A stretch of DNA of 64,000 nt, from NCBI GenBank assembly GCA_965261975.1, contig CBDHEC010000051.1:128001-192000 (forward strand). The letters are read 5' to 3'. Positions 1 to 9,318 of this stretch are shown here, piece after piece; positions within the stretch are counted from its first letter, which is position 1, and each line of letters opens with the position of its first letter. A program made the position numbers and the translations under genes. This stretch comes from Alphaproteobacteria bacterium (lineage in GTDB: Bacteria > Pseudomonadota > Alphaproteobacteria > UBA6615). The notes under the pieces are model-generated. The model was given only the letters and a program-made list of their open reading frames with translations. It had not been told where the DNA came from and made no database searches.

Positions 1-183
1 GGGGGCCTGATTACCGCCTATGCCCACGCGGATTCACTACTGGTGGCCCGCGGTGACGTGGTCACCCGCGGCCAGGTCATCGCAAAGGTCGGAAAGACCG
101 GCGGCGTCGATAACCCCCAACTACATTTCGAGGTTCGGCGCGGCACCAAGGCCGTGGACCCCGGACAGTTCCTGCCGAGCTGA
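1..183 (+). CDS. M23 family peptidase / NlpD-like, C-terminal fragment (5' end outside window)
   Basis: Frame +1 reads GGLITAYAHADSLLVARGDVVTRGQVIAKVGKTGGVDNPQLHFEVRRGTKAVDP, the M23 YAH...QLHFEVR signature; TGA at 181-183. Confidence 0.88.
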   Translation, partial: GGLITAYAHADSLLVARGDVVTRGQVIAKVGKTGGVDNPQLHFEVRRGTKAVDPGQFLPS

Positions 184-189
184 GGCCGG

Positions 190-1080
190 CTAGTCGCGCA
201 GATCGATCGGCTTGCCCAACCGGCCGGCGACTTCCTGCACAAATTGCCACGCAACACGACCCGAGCGTGATCCGCGTGTAACCGACCATTCCTTGGCCTC
301 GGCGCGCAGCTGATCCGGCGCGATATCGAGCTCGAAATGATCGCAATAGGCCAGCACCATGGCGAAGAAGGTGTCCTGGTTGATGTTGTGAAACCCGAGC
401 CAGAGCCCGAAACGGTCCGACAGGGAGACTTTCTCTTCAACGGCTTCGGACGGGTTGATCGCGGTTGAACGCTCATTTTCCATCATGTCGCGGGGCAGGA
501 GGTGCCGGCGGTTCGATGTGGCGTAGAAGACAACGTTATCCGGCCGGCCTTCAATGCCGCCTTCGAGCACGGCCTTGAGCGACTTGTAGCTGCTGTCGGA
601 GTTATCGAAGCTGAGATCGTCACAAAAGATAATTGCCTGACGCCCGCTGTCGCGGAGCGTCGTCAAAAGCGCGGGCAGGGACTGGATGTCCTCGCGATGG
701 ATTTCCACTAGGAGCAGTCCGTTTTCGGCCTCCTGATTGATTTCCGCATGGGCGGCCTTCACGAGGCTCGACTTGCCAGTACCGCGCGCGCCCCAAAGCA
801 AGGCGTTGTTGGCGGGCAGGCCATTGGCGAAACGCCGGGTGTTCTCGATCAAGGTGTCCGCCTGGTCATCGATACCCTTCAGGAGGCCCAATGGCACCCG
901 GTTGACCGCCGGAACCGCCTCAAGATGGCCGGCATCCGGGCCGTCTGCGTGCCAGATATAGGCGTCGGCGGCCGACAGATCTGTCGTTGTTTCCGTTTGC
1001 GGCGCGATGCGGTCCAGCGCGTCGGCGATACGGGCCAGTAGCGGCCCCAAATCCTGATCTTCCATGGGAATTCGTTCCAT
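190..1080 (-). CDS. DUF815 family AAA+ ATPase
   Basis: Walker A GARGTGKSS, FCDDLSF, ATSNRRHL, EKVSLSDRFGLWLGF; usual position between nlpD and yajC. Confidence 0.9.
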   Translation of the reverse strand: MERIPMEDQDLGPLLARIADALDRIAPQTETTTDLSAADAYIWHADGPDAGHLEAVPAVNRVPLGLLKGIDDQADTLIENTRRFANGLPANNALLWGARGTGKSSLVKAAHAEINQEAENGLLLVEIHREDIQSLPALLTTLRDSGRQAIIFCDDLSFDNSDSSYKSLKAVLEGGIEGRPDNVVFYATSNRRHLLPRDMMENERSTAINPSEAVEEKVSLSDRFGLWLGFHNINQDTFFAMVLAYCDHFELDIAPDQLRAEAKEWSVTRGSRSGRVAWQFVQEVAGRLGKPIDLRD

Positions 1081-1289
1081 AGGTTTGAGCCCAAATGGCT
1101 GGGCACGAAAGGCGGGCGGAACCTAAGCCCGGACAGGTTCCCGGTCAACGGAGATCACATTTTTGGTTTTCATCGCCGAGAACCCGCATTGTGCCGCGAT
1201 TTCAATGCATTTTGCTGCAAGCCTTCATTGCAATTCGATCCCGCGTCGCTATCATCCGGCGACTTCGAGATAAGCGCCCTGGAGGGGAC

Positions 1290-1715
1290 ATGTTCATTAC
1301 GCCGGCCTATGCACAGGGGGTGGGTGGAGGCGATGCGTTCACATCGTTCCTGCCGATCATCCTGATCTTCGTGGTTTTCTATTTCCTGCTGATCCGTCCG
1401 CAGCAAAAGAAGATGAAACAACACCGGGCCATGCTCGGCCAGGTCAAACGCGGTGACCGCGTGCTGACCGGCGGCGGCATTATCGGCACCGTGACCAAGG
1501 TGAAGGAAGAGACCGACGAGGTTACCGTCGAGATTTCCGATGGCGTGAGGGTCGATATCCTTCGCGGGACGATCTCCGATGTCTTCACCTCGGCACCGGC
1601 ATCCGGTGGCGGGCAGACGCCGGGCAAGGGCGGGCCGACAGTCGTGGGCCCGGCTGCCAATGACGGGCAGTCCGGTGGCGGGCTTCTTGGCGGTCTCTTC
1701 GGCGGCCGCAAGTAA
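1290..1715 (+). CDS. yajC: Preprotein translocase subunit YajC
   Basis: GGAGG RBS then MFITPAYAQ...FYFLLIRPQQKK...GDRVLTGGGIIG; directly upstream of secD. Confidence 0.95.
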   Translation: MFITPAYAQGVGGGDAFTSFLPIILIFVVFYFLLIRPQQKKMKQHRAMLGQVKRGDRVLTGGGIIGTVTKVKEETDEVTVEISDGVRVDILRGTISDVFTSAPASGGGQTPGKGGPTVVGPAANDGQSGGGLLGGLFGGRK

Positions 1716-1752
1716 CCTGTTGCCTGTTATCTAACGGGAAGGACCCGCCAGG

Positions 1753-3336
1753 ATGGTCAATTATCCGCGTTGGGCGATTGTCACGACGGTTGTGATAGCG
1801 CTGCTCGGCCTCATCTACGCATCGCCGAACTTCTTTCCTCAGGGGGAAGAAACGGTCGAGACGTCTGAGTCATTCGGGGTGCTGCCGAGCAACCGCATGA
1901 ACCTGGGGCTCGATCTTCAGGGCGGCTCCTCGTTGTTGCTTTCGGTGGGGGTCGATACGGCCATTCGCGAAACCCTCGAAGCCGTTGAATCGTCGGTGCG
2001 TCGTGAACTGCGCCAGCGTGGGTCGCGGATCGGTTATTCGGGGCTCCGCGTGGAGGGCAAGGCGATCGCCTTCACTCTGCGTGACGCCGCGGACAGCGAG
2101 AATGCGAGCGACCGCCTGAGCAACCTCGAAGAGGGGTTCGATCTCGAGGTGGAAGACGGTGTGCGCTTTCGCCTCGTGATGACGGAAGACGCCGAGGCGG
2201 CGCGACGTCAAAGCGCGGTTGAACAGTCCATCGAGATCGTGCGACGCCGGGTGGATGAAACCGGTGTGGCGGAGCCCGTGATCCAGCAACAGGGCCAGGA
2301 CCGAATTCTGGTCCAGCTTCCGGGTATCAAGGATCCGGAGCGGATCAAGCGTCTGCTTGGTCAGACTGCAAAGCTGAACTTCCATATGCTGGATGAGTCG
2401 GTTTCCATCCAGGAGGCGGAGAACGGCGATTTGCCGGCTGGATCGATGCTTCTCTACAGTCCCGAGGAAGAGGGGCGGATACCCTATGTCGTTCGTCGCA
2501 CCGTCGAGGTCGCGGGTGACAGGTTGGTAGACGCACAACCGACATTTCAGGACGGCCAGCCGATTGTTTCGTTCCGGTTCGACGCTTCGGGCGGGCGCCG
2601 CTTCGGTGAACTGACAGCAGAGAATGTCGGCAACCGTCTCGCCATCGTGCTGGACCGCGAGGTTGTCAGCGCACCTCGCATTCAAACGGCGATCCTCGGC
2701 GGCAGCGGCATCATCACCGGCCGATTTACCGTGCAGCAGGTCAACGATCTGGCACTCGTACTTCGGGCGGGTGCCTTGCCGGCGCCGCTCACGGTGCTCG
2801 AGGAGCGCACGGTTGGCCCGGGCCTCGGCGCGGATTCGATCGAGGCCGGCAAAATTGCCAGCGTCATCGGTTTGGTGGCTGTGGTCGTGTTCATCGTCGT
2901 GAGTTACGGACTGTTCGGCCTGATGGCGTCCATCGCGTTGCTGTTCAATCTGTCTCTCATTGTGGCGCTGCTCTCTGTGTTGCAGGCGACCCTGACGCTC
3001 CCGGGTATCGCAGGTATCGTGTTGACCATCGGTATGGCTGTCGACGCGAACGTGCTCATCCTTGAACGGATCAAGGAGGAAGTTCGAAACGGGCGAACGC
3101 CAATATCAGCGATCGATGCGGGCTACCGGCGAGCCCTGACAACAATCATCGATTCGAACCTCACGACCCTCATCGCGGCCATACTGCTGTTTCAGTTCGG
3201 TACTGGGCCGATCAAGGGCTTCGCGGTGACGCTGTCCATCGGGATCATCACGTCAATGTTCACGGCCATGATGCTGACCCGCCTTTTCATCGTCGTCTGG
3301 CTTCGTCGCCGGCGGCCGCAAACCCTGCCGATCTAG
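1753..3336 (+). CDS. secD: Protein translocase subunit SecD
   Basis: LGLDLQGG, GMAVDANVLI, GPIKGFAVTL motifs. Confidence 0.97.
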   Translation: MVNYPRWAIVTTVVIALLGLIYASPNFFPQGEETVETSESFGVLPSNRMNLGLDLQGGSSLLLSVGVDTAIRETLEAVESSVRRELRQRGSRIGYSGLRVEGKAIAFTLRDAADSENASDRLSNLEEGFDLEVEDGVRFRLVMTEDAEAARRQSAVEQSIEIVRRRVDETGVAEPVIQQQGQDRILVQLPGIKDPERIKRLLGQTAKLNFHMLDESVSIQEAENGDLPAGSMLLYSPEEEGRIPYVVRRTVEVAGDRLVDAQPTFQDGQPIVSFRFDASGGRRFGELTAENVGNRLAIVLDREVVSAPRIQTAILGGSGIITGRFTVQQVNDLALVLRAGALPAPLTVLEERTVGPGLGADSIEAGKIASVIGLVAVVVFIVVSYGLFGLMASIALLFNLSLIVALLSVLQATLTLPGIAGIVLTIGMAVDANVLILERIKEEVRNGRTPISAIDAGYRRALTTIIDSNLTTLIAAILLFQFGTGPIKGFAVTLSIGIITSMFTAMMLTRLFIVVWLRRRRPQTLPI

Positions 3337-3346
3337 GGGAAATATC

Positions 3347-4318
3347 GTGCGCCTGAGCATCGTTCCCGCAAATACCAGTTTCGATTTCGTTAGCCGGCGC
3401 CGGCTGGCGTACCCGCTGTCGGCCCTGCTGATCATCCTGTCGGTGGGCGCGTTCCTGACTCAGGGCCTGAATTTCGGTATCGATTTCCGCGGCGGCATCC
3501 TGATCGAGATCAAGACCGAGGGGCCGGCGAATGTCGCCCAATTGCGCGCCACGGTCGGTGGCCTCGGGCTCGGCGAAGTACAAGTCCAGGAATTCGGCGC
3601 CCCCGATGACGTGCTGATCCGGGTCCAGCAGCAGGACGGTTCGGAAGCTGAGCAGATTCAGGCCATTAACATTATCAAGGACGCGCTCGGCGGCCAGGTC
3701 ACGGAGTATCGGCGGACCGAGTTTGTCGGCCCCACCGTCGGCGCCGAACTGATCAGTTCGGCCATCTGGGCTGTCCTTCTCGCGATCGGTGCGATCCTGA
3801 TCTACATCTGGTTCCGTTTCGAATGGCAATTCGGGATCGGGGCTGTCTTTGCGCTGACCCATGATGTGCTCACCACGATCGGGCTGTTCGCGATTACCCA
3901 GCTTGAATTCAACCTGGCGACCGTCGCCGCCATCCTGACCATCGCGGGTTATTCGATCAACGATACCGTCGTGATCTACGACCGTGTGCGCGAGGAACTG
4001 CGTCGCTACAAGAAGCTGGACATGCCCGCTGTTCTCAACATGGCGGTGAACCGGACCCTGTCTCGAACCTTCATGACGAGTGTCACCACGTTGATCGCCC
4101 TGGTTGCGCTCGCCATCTTCGGCGGCACGATCATTCGCGACTTCGCCTATGCGATGATCTGGGGCGTGGTCATCGGCACTTATTCTTCGGTGTTTATTGC
4201 GGTGCCGGTGCTGCTCGGTTTGAAATTGAGTCGCGAAAGCCTGTCGGCAGGCACGGACGAAAGTGATGAGGGCGACGCCGCCACGGACGACATACCGGAC
4301 GCGCCGTCGGACAAGTAA
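3347..4318 (+). CDS. secF: Protein translocase subunit SecF
   Basis: GIDFRGG, GYSINDTVVIYDRVRE, TLSRT motifs. Confidence 0.97.
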   Translation: MRLSIVPANTSFDFVSRRRLAYPLSALLIILSVGAFLTQGLNFGIDFRGGILIEIKTEGPANVAQLRATVGGLGLGEVQVQEFGAPDDVLIRVQQQDGSEAEQIQAINIIKDALGGQVTEYRRTEFVGPTVGAELISSAIWAVLLAIGAILIYIWFRFEWQFGIGAVFALTHDVLTTIGLFAITQLEFNLATVAAILTIAGYSINDTVVIYDRVREELRRYKKLDMPAVLNMAVNRTLSRTFMTSVTTLIALVALAIFGGTIIRDFAYAMIWGVVIGTYSSVFIAVPVLLGLKLSRESLSAGTDESDEGDAATDDIPDAPSDK

Positions 4319-4319
4319 T

Positions 4320-4712
4320 ATGCCCGCCGATCCAACAACAGACGCCGCCGTTCACCAGGTTGTCGAGCGTTACGGGGCGGGCAAGTTTCAAATTTCCGGA
4401 CTGACCTACCAAAACTCGGTCCTTGTATTCCCCGAACGGACCGTGGACTGGTCCGTCTCCACATTTGCAGACATCGACGCCGACGCGCTCGCACCGGTCC
4501 TGGCTGAATCAGACGCGTCGTCGGGGATCGAACTTCTGTTGCTCGGGTGCGGGCCCAGAATGGAGTTGGTGAGCCAGGCCCTGCGCGCGCCGCTGCGTGC
4601 CGCAGGGATCGTCATCGAACCGATGGACACAGGGGCCGCAGCACGGACATTCAACCTGCTGTTGTCGGAAGACCGCAGAGTGGCGGCGGCGCTGATCGCG
4701 CTTCCCCAATGA
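4320..4712 (+). CDS. Mth938-like domain protein (DUF498, NDUFAF3 homologue)
   Basis: ELLLLGCG, EPMDTGAAARTFNLLLSEDRRVAAAL; follows secF. Confidence 0.9.
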   Translation: MPADPTTDAAVHQVVERYGAGKFQISGLTYQNSVLVFPERTVDWSVSTFADIDADALAPVLAESDASSGIELLLLGCGPRMELVSQALRAPLRAAGIVIEPMDTGAAARTFNLLLSEDRRVAAALIALPQ

Positions 4713-4735
4713 AAACGGGGCCCCGAAGGGCCCCG
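4712..4735 (-). terminator. Intrinsic terminator hairpin between convergent genes
   Basis: CGGGGCCC-CGAA-GGGCCCCG with a short T tract on the minus strand. Confidence 0.65.
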
Positions 4736-4759
4736 CAATCACTTACTGCCTTTACTCGA

Positions 4760-5266
4760 TCAGAATGGCGAGTTTTGTGCCGCCACCATGCCGTAGAGCA
4801 TGGGAATCGAAAGCAAGGTGTTGGTGCGTGAGAACAGCATGGCCCGCCGTGCCGACGCCGGTTTGGCTTCGGCCGGTGCGTCCACGATGCCCAGCGCGAT
4901 TTTCTGATTTGGCCAGATCACGAACCAGACATTGAAGGCCATGATGAGGCCGAACCACATCGCAATTCCGATCATTGCGCTGACAAAGCTGCCGTCGGTC
5001 AAACCGATGGCGAGCCAGCTGCCGAGCGTACCCTGCATCCATGCGAGGATGAGGCCGAACAGAACTGTCGATGCCGCACCCCAGCGAAACCAGAACAGGA
5101 CCGCCGGAGCAATATGCTTGCCGATGGCCGGTTTCATCTCGTCGGGAATTTTCGGCATTGTCGGCACCTGGACAAAGTTCAGGTACCAAAGAAGACCAAT
5201 CCACATGACGCCGCTGATGACGTGCAACACACGGATTAGATGTAAGAGGAAAGGATCAAATTCCAT
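4760..5266 (-). CDS. PuuD / Urate_ox_N-like integral membrane protein (no cytochrome c domain)
   Basis: LHVISGVMWIGLLWYLNFVQ, FWFRW, FNVWFVIWPNQK, SRTNTLLSIPML. Confidence 0.8.
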   Translation of the reverse strand: MEFDPFLLHLIRVLHVISGVMWIGLLWYLNFVQVPTMPKIPDEMKPAIGKHIAPAVLFWFRWGAASTVLFGLILAWMQGTLGSWLAIGLTDGSFVSAMIGIAMWFGLIMAFNVWFVIWPNQKIALGIVDAPAEAKPASARRAMLFSRTNTLLSIPMLYGMVAAQNSPF

Positions 5267-5287
5267 TTTTCTATCTCCCTTCCGCGC

Positions 5288-5383
5288 CTAGCTGGCGATC
5301 GCTTGTGCCACGAGCACCATGATGACGGTCATCACGACCCCCAGCACGACAGTCATATGCAGTGATTCCAATGGGTTTTTCAT
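5288..5383 (-). CDS. Small single-pass membrane peptide, 31 aa (MKNPLESLHMTVVLGVVMTVIMVLVAQAIAS)
   Basis: AGGGGA RBS, ATG at 5383, TAG at 5288; one hydrophobic helix; 21 nt upstream of the PuuD-like gene. Confidence 0.7.
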   Translation of the reverse strand: MKNPLESLHMTVVLGVVMTVIMVLVAQAIAS

Positions 5384-5484
5384 AGTATCCCCCTGTGCAA
5401 GAACCCGAATCGGACTATAGCAAATTCAACGCGTCGATCCTACGCGAGACACGAAACGCCCAATCAGCGCGGGCGAGGGTACCC

Positions 5485-6327
5485 ATGAACCTCACGGCGA
5501 GCGATCAATATTGTCTGGATGAAGTGCGTCGGCATGATCATGACCGCTACCTGACGGCGCTGTTTTTGCCGCCAGATCGCCGCAAGGCAGCCCTGTCGCT
5601 ATATGCCTTCAGTCTCGAGATCGCCCGCACCCGTGAAATCGTCAGCGAACCGTTGCTCGGTCAAATTCGCCTGCAATGGTGGCGCGAGACGATTGAGGGG
5701 CTGTATGCGGGCTCACCACGTGAACACCCGGTGGTCGAGGCGCTGCAAAACTCGATCCAGGTCCACAAGCTGCAGCGCGATCACCTGGAAGCCCTGATCG
5801 ATGCCCGTGAAGCGGACCTGGAAGACGCCCCGCCACGCGACCTCGCAGCACTTGAAGCCTATGCATGCGAGACATCCGGCGGTCTGTCGGCACTCGTCAT
5901 GCACTGTCTCGACGGTGGCAACCATACCGCCATCGACACCGCTCGGCTTGTCGGCACCGCCTGGGCGATCATTGGCCTGGCGCGCGCGGTCGGGTTCCAC
6001 GCCCAGACCCAACGCCTCTATATCCCCGAAGATCTGCTCAGCGAATATGAGGTCGAGCGCCGCCGGCTGTTCGACCTAAAGCCGTCACCGGGTCTGAACC
6101 AGGCCATCGAAACCATGGTCTCGCGCGCAGACGAACTGCTGCGTGAGGCCCGTGCGCAGTCCGGGGGAATTCCCAAATCGGCGCGACGGGGATTGATGTT
6201 GGCTGGTCTCGCCGACAGGCATATCGCTGTGATCCGGAAAGTCGGGCACGATCCGTTCGCGATTCCGGCGGCACGCCCGGCGCCACTCCTGCGATTGACT
6301 TTGCAAGCCTGGATGGGACGCTATTAA
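5485..6327 (+). CDS. Phytoene/squalene synthase family protein (NDUFAF6-like)
   Basis: VRRHDHDRYLTALF, LYAFSLEIAR, GQIRLQWWRE; lacks canonical DDxxD motifs. Confidence 0.88.
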   Translation: MNLTASDQYCLDEVRRHDHDRYLTALFLPPDRRKAALSLYAFSLEIARTREIVSEPLLGQIRLQWWRETIEGLYAGSPREHPVVEALQNSIQVHKLQRDHLEALIDAREADLEDAPPRDLAALEAYACETSGGLSALVMHCLDGGNHTAIDTARLVGTAWAIIGLARAVGFHAQTQRLYIPEDLLSEYEVERRRLFDLKPSPGLNQAIETMVSRADELLREARAQSGGIPKSARRGLMLAGLADRHIAVIRKVGHDPFAIPAARPAPLLRLTLQAWMGRY

Positions 6328-6743
6328 TCGGTCGGCGGACCTTTGAGTTCGACGATATTGCCCTCGGGGTCTTTCAGGTAGACGCTGGGCCCGGTGCCGT
6401 CGGCCCCGTAACGCGGGCCTTCCTCGACGATCTCGATATTATGCTCCGCGATATAGGCATGCAGCGCGGCATCGTCGAACCGGTCGATGCGGATGGCGAA
6501 GTGATCTAGGTTTCGGCCTTCCGCGCCCGGTGCCGCACCGCCCTTGCTGCCCAACACGCCGTCGACCGTCACCAGGTCGATCAGCTGGCGACCGGCACGC
6601 AGTTGCAGCAGGTCGAACTCCTTGTTGTGCCGGTCAACCGTGCAACCCAGCAGGTCGCAATAGAAATGCTGCATGGCGTCGAGATCGACGCAGCGGATCA
6701 CCAGATGATCCAGGCCTTCCATTTCAAACGGGGGCGTTGTCAT
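6324..6743 (-). CDS. VOC (glyoxalase/bleomycin resistance) family protein
   Basis: LDHLVIR, FYCDLLG, NLDHFA, YLKDPEGNIVELK. Confidence 0.9.
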   Translation of the reverse strand: MTTPPFEMEGLDHLVIRCVDLDAMQHFYCDLLGCTVDRHNKEFDLLQLRAGRQLIDLVTVDGVLGSKGGAAPGAEGRNLDHFAIRIDRFDDAALHAYIAEHNIEIVEEGPRYGADGTGPSVYLKDPEGNIVELKGPPTD

Positions 6744-6745
6744 GA

Positions 6746-7177
6746 TCAATCATACGCCGGGTCAGGCGGTCCCTTCAGTTCGACCGTGTTGCCTTCGGGG
6801 TCCTTGATGTGAATGCCCGGACCTTCGCCTTCCGCGCCGCCGCGAATGATGGTGGCTCCCAGATCCACACCGCAGCCAGAAAGGTAGGCGCGGATCGCAT
6901 CGTCGTCATAGGGCTCCACCTGGATCGCGAAGTGATCCATGTTATGTCCGTCCTTGCTAGGCGCGGGTCCACCTTTTAGTCCGGAAGGTTCATTGACGGG
7001 CATCAGGTCGACGATGTGATCGCCGATACGCACCTGATAGAGGCCGATGTCGGTGTCTTCCTCCTGCATCGTCCCGCCCAGCACATCGCAGTAGAAATGC
7101 TTCATCGCCGCCAGATCGACACATCGGATGACGACATGATCGAGGCCCTTCATTGCAAACGGGGCATTGACGCTCAT
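6746..7177 (-). CDS. VOC family protein (paralogue of the adjacent gene)
   Basis: LDHVVIR, FYCDVLG, NMDHFA, KDPEGNTVELK. Confidence 0.9.
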   Translation of the reverse strand: MSVNAPFAMKGLDHVVIRCVDLAAMKHFYCDVLGGTMQEEDTDIGLYQVRIGDHIVDLMPVNEPSGLKGGPAPSKDGHNMDHFAIQVEPYDDDAIRAYLSGCGVDLGATIIRGGAEGEGPGIHIKDPEGNTVELKGPPDPAYD

Positions 7178-7803
7178 TCGCTCTTCCTCCGGGCGCGCAG
7201 GCGGATCACGCTCGCCGGGCCGCCGTGGCGCTCGCTCGCTGGCAGCTCTGTCTCGAGCGCTTCGAGATGTTCGAAATCGAGCAGGCCTGCGAAGTCGTCT
7301 CGTAGCCGGTCTTCGGTGAACATCATTCGCGTATCCTTCGGTCCCCCTTTGCCCCGGCCCAGATGATCGGGCGTAAAGCCCTCGAGAAGCAAGAGGCCGC
7401 CTGGCTTGAGTGTGCCCGCAAGCTTGCGATGTATTTCCGCGCGATCATCCGGCCCGACGTGAAGAAATGCCGAAACGACAACATCAAAGGCGGCCTCAGG
7501 CGCGTTCCAGTCGCGCAAGTCAGCCATCTGGATGTCGAGATCGACATCGCGTTCCGCGGCGAGCTTTCTGGCCTTTCGGATCCCGACAGCCGAGGCGTCG
7601 ACCGCGGTGACGATAAGCCCGTGCTGCGCCAACCACACCCCGTTACGGCCTTCGCCGTCACCCGGCACCAACGCCCGCATCTTCGGTTTCAGGAGTGCCG
7701 CATTCTCGGCCATCCAGACATTCGGCTCATGACCGAAGACATAGTCATCGCCTTCGTAGCGTTGATCCCAGAAGGAGCCGGGGGTGTCGCCGGGATTGGG
7801 CAT
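7174..7803 (-). CDS. Class I SAM-dependent methyltransferase (TehB-like)
   Basis: FWDQRY, PGDGEGRNGVWLA, LKPGGLLLLEGF. Confidence 0.88.
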   Translation of the reverse strand: MPNPGDTPGSFWDQRYEGDDYVFGHEPNVWMAENAALLKPKMRALVPGDGEGRNGVWLAQHGLIVTAVDASAVGIRKARKLAAERDVDLDIQMADLRDWNAPEAAFDVVVSAFLHVGPDDRAEIHRKLAGTLKPGGLLLLEGFTPDHLGRGKGGPKDTRMMFTEDRLRDDFAGLLDFEHLEALETELPASERHGGPASVIRLRARRKSE

Positions 7804-7805
7804 GG

Positions 7806-9191
7806 CTACTCCGCCGCCAGCGGCGTGTCGCTGAACCAGACCGCGATGTCCGAAAGCGCGCGGCGCGACATCAGCCGGCGACGTTCCTTCTTGCGTTCCT
7901 TGCGCTTGATATCGGCCAGCGCGCCATCTTCCAGCGGCGGGATCAGCCCGAAGTTTACATTCATCGGCTGGAACGTCTCATCGTCGGCGCCGCCCGTCAC
8001 ATGTGCCAGCAACGCGCCATGCGCCGTTGTTTCGGGCGGCGGCGTGACGGCTTCTCCATGGCGTTCGGCGGCGGCGAAACGTCCGGCCAGCAAGCCCATG
8101 GCCGCACTCTCCACGTAACCCTCGACGCCCGTCACCTGACCGGCGAAGCGCATGCGGGGCTGCGCCTTCAGGCGCAGGGACCGGTCGAGCAGGCGTGGGG
8201 AGTTCATGAAGGTGTTCCGGTGGATGCCGCCGAGACGGGCAAACTCCGCATTCTCCAGCCCTGGAATGGTCCGGAATATCTCCTGTTGGGGGCCGTAACG
8301 CAGCTTGGTCTGGAAGCCGACCATGTTGAACAGCGTGCCCAGCGCGTTGTCCTGGCGCAGCTGAACGACGGCGTGGGCGCGGGTGCCCGTATTCGGGTCC
8401 GTCAGCCCAACTGGCTTCATGGGCCCGAACCGCAGGGTGTCCCGGCCCCGCGAGGCCATCACTTCGATCGGCAGGCAACCCTCGAAATAGGGCGTGTTCT
8501 TCTCCCATTCGTGGAAGTCGACCTTTTCGGCCTCCAGCAACGCGTCGATGAAGCCCTCGAACTGGGCCTCGTTCATGGGGCAGTTGATGTAATCCTTGCC
8601 GGTGCCGCCGGGGCCCGGCTTGTCGTAGCGGGACTGGAACCAGGCGATATCCATGTCGATGCTCTCGGCATGAATGATCGGCGCGATCGCGTCGAAGAAG
8701 GCCAGGTTCTCCTCGCCGGTCAGGTCGAGGATCGCCTTGCTGAGGTCCGGTGAGGTGAGGGGGCCCGTCGCGACGATGACGTTGTCCCAGTCCTCGGGCG
8801 GCAGGCCGGCGACCTCGCCGCGCGCCACCTCGATCAGCGGATGGTCCTTGATCGCCGTCGTGACCTGTGCGGCAAACCCTTCGCGGTCGACCGCAAGGGC
8901 GCTGCCGGCGGGCACCCGGTTCGCATCCGCCGCAGCCATGATCAGCGATCCGAGTATGCGCATTTCTGCATGGAGGATGCCGACCGCGTTACCCTCGGCA
9001 TCATCGGAACGAAACGAGTTCGAACAGACCAGTTCGGCGAGGCTGTCGGTCTGATGGGCGTCCGTGGCCCGGTCGGGGCGCATCTCGTGCAGGATGACGG
9101 GAACCTGCGCGCGCGCGAGCTGCCAGGCCGCCTCGCTGCCCGCGAGACCGCCACCAACCACATGTACGGGGGAAATATCTGACTTGCTCAT
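7806..9191 (-). CDS. trmFO: FAD/folate-dependent tRNA (uracil-54)-methyltransferase TrmFO
   Basis: [49 protein letters not shown]. Confidence 0.97.
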   Translation of the reverse strand: MSKSDISPVHVVGGGLAGSEAAWQLARAQVPVILHEMRPDRATDAHQTDSLAELVCSNSFRSDDAEGNAVGILHAEMRILGSLIMAAADANRVPAGSALAVDREGFAAQVTTAIKDHPLIEVARGEVAGLPPEDWDNVIVATGPLTSPDLSKAILDLTGEENLAFFDAIAPIIHAESIDMDIAWFQSRYDKPGPGGTGKDYINCPMNEAQFEGFIDALLEAEKVDFHEWEKNTPYFEGCLPIEVMASRGRDTLRFGPMKPVGLTDPNTGTRAHAVVQLRQDNALGTLFNMVGFQTKLRYGPQQEIFRTIPGLENAEFARLGGIHRNTFMNSPRLLDRSLRLKAQPRMRFAGQVTGVEGYVESAAMGLLAGRFAAAERHGEAVTPPPETTAHGALLAHVTGGADDETFQPMNVNFGLIPPLEDGALADIKRKERKKERRRLMSRRALSDIAVWFSDTPLAAE

Positions 9192-9318
9192 GGATCAGGA
9201 CATAGCGAGCCCGGGTGGTGAAGGCAATTGCACGTTGTGTACATCAAACGCTTCGTGAATTGACGCGGCGCAGGCCCGGTGCGACGGTTTGGCCGAAATC
9301 CACGAACAGGAGGCTCCG

